NCBI GenBank assembly: GCA_027317865.1 | Contig: DAHVQG010000010.1 | Location: forward strand, 1-64,000 | Direction: 5' to 3' | Length of the DNA stretch: 64,000 bases | Source of the DNA: Bdellovibrionales bacterium | Lineage (GTDB): Bacteria > Bdellovibrionota > Bdellovibrionia > Bdellovibrionales > UBA1609 | Part shown: one piece after another, positions 61,330-64,000 of the stretch | Layout: each line of letters starts with the position of its first letter | Position numbering within the stretch: position 1 is the stretch's first letter | Notes under the pieces: generated by a model | What the model was told of the DNA's origin: nothing | Database searches by the model: none | The model's input: only the letters and a program-made list of their open reading frames with translations | Made by a program: the position numbers and the translations under genes

Positions 61330-61766
61330 ATAAACTCGTTGCGGGGGTATTTGTAACTATCAGCATCGTTTCTCTTTCATCAAAGGTCAGATGTGAATCT
61401 CGACTCGACATTCATCGGCTTGAAATTCAGGCAATGACCACGGCACAAACTGTTGCGGAGTTAAGAGGCCGCCTTGCAACGATTAAAAAATTGGCCACCG
61501 AAGAGTTGGCGTGCCGGATGCAACTAAAATATAAAATGCTCCCATATAGCTGTTATCGGGCGCGCGCATTGCGAATTGTAAACAGATGGCCTTTAGATGG
61601 CCGGATTTACAGTAATTTAAACGATCGTTGCTTACAAATTGCGGGGCGCACAAACGAACTTGATCTTAAAAAAATCCGGGTATTGCCGTCAAAATGTCGC
61701 ACAGTTGCGCGCTCGCGCATTCAAATTAACCGCTACAAAGCCGGACGGAGTTGGCAAGGAATTTGA
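61326..61766 (+). CDS. Hypothetical exported Cys-containing basic protein
   Basis: ATGA overlap; hydrophobic N-terminus; several Cys. Confidence 0.6.
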   Translation: MNKLVAGVFVTISIVSLSSKVRCESRLDIHRLEIQAMTTAQTVAELRGRLATIKKLATEELACRMQLKYKMLPYSCYRARALRIVNRWPLDGRIYSNLNDRCLQIAGRTNELDLKKIRVLPSKCRTVARSRIQINRYKAGRSWQGI

Positions 61767-61781
61767 TAGACTCCAGCGCTG

Positions 61782-62855
61782 ATGGAGTCCGTTCTGACTA
61801 AACCATATCAGTATCGCATTGTGGAGTGCCTTGGCGAGGGGCTAAACAGCTGTGTTTACCGGGCTTTTAAACAATCAAACGAACTCAATGTGAGATTTGA
61901 GGTCGCGCTTAAAATTCTTAAGTCCAAGAATTTGGAAGCACTTTGGAGAAATGAGTTTGAGCGGCTCATCTGCGTCAAGTCGCGGCACTGCGTGGCACTT
62001 CATGGTTGGGAGTTAATTAACAACTCTCCCGCACTTGTTCTCGAATATGTACGAGGGGTCAATTTGGCCGAACTTGTGAAGTATGTCGAACTAAACAAAG
62101 AAAATATCGACTGCATCTATGGACAAGCGCGCCGCGGCCTTAGAGATTTGGCACAGGTGGCACTTTTTCACGGCGATTTAAATCTCAACAATATCATGGT
62201 TGATGACACGGGCGTCGTGAAGCTTGTGGATTTCGGCGTCCGAAACGGGCACAAAGACTACCTTGTCACACCTAAATTTGCCGCTCCTTCAGTACTTATG
62301 GGCGAAGAACCAAATATCGAAACCGATATATTTAGCCTCGAGGCAATTTGTCTAGAGATCGAGCTTAATCACTCAAGCCATGTGCCCGACGACGGCAGTG
62401 TAGGAGGTCCAAAGCAAGTTGGTAATGCACCGGAGTTTGCGACCCATGATCTGGCCAAAAAGGTTCGGATCGCCATGAAAAGGCGCGAGAATGGGCGGGT
62501 ACGAACGAACGCATACAAGGCGCCGCGTTCGTTCCGGTTATCGCGGCAAACATTATTTCAAAGTATTGGAGTCGGATTTATATGCCTATTTTTTTCTATT
62601 TTGTCTCAGGGTGATTCCACCCGGCATTTGCCGACGCCGCCAGCTCGTCTCATCGTGCGAACAGTGAAATGGGTGAAAATCGCTGTGAACGGGCACGACT
62701 ATGGATATTCGCCGGTAAACATCTCACTATCAGCGACGCGCATGGTTCATTTGCAATGGTTCGGATCGGCGGGCCAAGGGGGGCGCACGATTGCGCTCAT
62801 CCCAGGGCAAACTAAATTCTTAACAGACAATTTTTTTAGTCCTGACTCAAAATAA
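61782..62855 (+). CDS. Hanks-type Ser/Thr protein kinase with TM helix and PEGA-like C-terminus
   Basis: LGEGLNSCVY, VALKILK, HGDLNLNN, LVDFG, DIFSL; TM; VNGHDYGYSP. Confidence 0.82.
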   Translation: MESVLTKPYQYRIVECLGEGLNSCVYRAFKQSNELNVRFEVALKILKSKNLEALWRNEFERLICVKSRHCVALHGWELINNSPALVLEYVRGVNLAELVKYVELNKENIDCIYGQARRGLRDLAQVALFHGDLNLNNIMVDDTGVVKLVDFGVRNGHKDYLVTPKFAAPSVLMGEEPNIETDIFSLEAICLEIELNHSSHVPDDGSVGGPKQVGNAPEFATHDLAKKVRIAMKRRENGRVRTNAYKAPRSFRLSRQTLFQSIGVGFICLFFSILSQGDSTRHLPTPPARLIVRTVKWVKIAVNGHDYGYSPVNISLSATRMVHLQWFGSAGQGGRTIALIPGQTKFLTDNFFSPDSK

Positions 62856-62917
62856 ATTTCTTCACCTCACTAGTCTTTTGTGCTCAAATTCTAGGCTGAG
62901 AGGCGGGTCGAAGTAAA

Positions 62918-63121
62918 ATGACCAAAGAGGACCGCATATCGACGTTGGGCGCTTTAGTTGATGAAGTCACAAAAGATGACTACGACAAGAGACTTGTGCG
63001 AAGTTTAATGGAACGGCTCAACATTCCGTATTGCGAAGATCCTATGCAACTCCTCAATAATGTATTAAAAGGCATTCACGTTATTGAGGCACCTCAAGAT
63101 GACAGTTCAACACAACAATAA
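62918..63121 (+). CDS. Small hypothetical protein
   Basis: 67-aa helical ORF filling the gap and overlapping the next start. Confidence 0.55.
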   Translation: MTKEDRISTLGALVDEVTKDDYDKRLVRSLMERLNIPYCEDPMQLLNNVLKGIHVIEAPQDDSSTQQ

Positions 63122-64000
63122 AATCGACGACAATAGCAGCGAACTTGGTTTTGATACGCGCGCCATTCACGCCGGGCAAAAACCAGATCCCACGACAGGT
63201 GCGATTATGACGCCTGTTTATCTCACGAGCACTTATGTGCAAGAATCGCCCGGGCAACATAAGGGATATGAATATAGCCGCACTAAAAATCCGACGCGCG
63301 CAACTTACGAGCGCTGTTTAGCGAATCTTGAAGCTGGCGAGTTTGGTTTTGCTTTTGCCTCAGGGTGTGCGGCAACAACCACGGTTCTACATTTGCTCAA
63401 AGCTGGGGATCACGTAATCGCCGGCGACGACCTTTATGGCGGAACAGTTCGACTTTTTGATCGCGTGTTCACGCAAATGGGCATCGAGATTACTTATGTC
63501 GATCTTTTGCGGCCAGAAAATTTCGATAAGCAAAAAAAGCCCAACACAAAACTGGTTTGGATTGAAACTCCGACCAATCCACTCCTTAAGATAATTGACA
63601 TAAAGGCGGTTTCAGAAAGGGCCCATGCGGCGGGAGTCATGGTTGCGGTCGATAATACATTTATGAGCCCGTATTTTCAGCGGCCACTTACGCTTGGTGC
63701 AGATCTTGTTGTACACTCGACCACCAAATACATTGGTGGCCATAGTGACGTCGTGGGCGGAGCTGTTGTGACGTCAAATGCGGCGTTAGCTGAAAAACTT
63801 GCGTTTTTGAGCAATTCAATGGGCGCGATAGAATCACCTTTTGACTCATTTATGTGCCTACGAAGCCTCAAAACGCTAGGCGTGCGGATGCGTGCGCACG
63901 AACAAAATGCAAAGGTAATAGCCGAGCATTTATCCAAGCATCCAAAAGTAAAAAAGGTGATTTATCCGGGACTTTCGAGCCATCCGCAACACGAACTGGC
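63099..64000 (+). CDS. Cystathionine gamma-lyase/synthase family (3' truncated by window)
   Basis: Read by hand: FDTRAIHAGQ.PDPTTGA, YEYSR, FASG, ETPTNP, VDNTF, HSTTKYIGGHSD (PLP lysine). Confidence 0.93.
   Translation, partial: MTVQHNNKIDDNSSELGFDTRAIHAGQKPDPTTGAIMTPVYLTSTYVQESPGQHKGYEYSRTKNPTRATYERCLANLEAGEFGFAFASGCAATTTVLHLLKAGDHVIAGDDLYGGTVRLFDRVFTQMGIEITYVDLLRPENFDKQKKPNTKLVWIETPTNPLLKIIDIKAVSERAHAAGVMVAVDNTFMSPYFQRPLTLGADLVVHSTTKYIGGHSDVVGGAVVTSNAALAEKLAFLSNSMGAIESPFDSFMCLRSLKTLGVRMRAHEQNAKVIAEHLSKHPKVKKVIYPGLSSHPQHEL

Overview
Chromosomal window from a bacterium that looks like a member of Bdellovibrionota, inferred from the gene order groES-groEL ... dedA-cheY ... small secreted ORFs - YD-repeat protein - Tad/Flp cluster - nadE, which recalls the Bdellovibrio bacteriovorus hit locus. 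From left to right: (1) the end of a surface-polysaccharide cluster (UDP-sugar dehydrogenase, rmlC, epimerase, double-RgpF protein, GT2), then a polyprenyl-phospho-pentose module (HAD-UbiA, DprE1-like, DprE2-like) with two paralogous GT-C-type membrane proteins; (2) a repeat-flanked HEPN/MNT pair, an AAA+ ATPase and a papain-like protease frameshifted inside a 12-bp tandem repeat; (3) a kynurenine/3-hydroxyanthranilate catabolic cluster ending in an unassigned SDR; (4) a hybrid kinase with a degenerate H-box, secreted proteins and groESL; (5) the hit-like locus and Tad/Flp pilus cluster; (6) a nadE-yhhQ-cofE-like operon, housekeeping genes, a second TadB/TadC-like pair with a Ser/Thr kinase, and a partial cystathionine gamma-lyase/synthase. 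Two genes missing from the ORF track were read directly from the DNA: a 26-aa, 62% basic protamine/H1-like microprotein with its own promoter, RBS and terminator (59884-59964, minus), and a 49-aa secreted peptide behind a sigma54 promoter at the hit-locus position (34366-34515, minus). A recurring TGTCTCA-N3-TGAGACA palindrome links several envelope and pilus promoters. No tRNA, rRNA, CRISPR array or transposase was recognised. All family assignments are by eye from motifs; no database searches were run.
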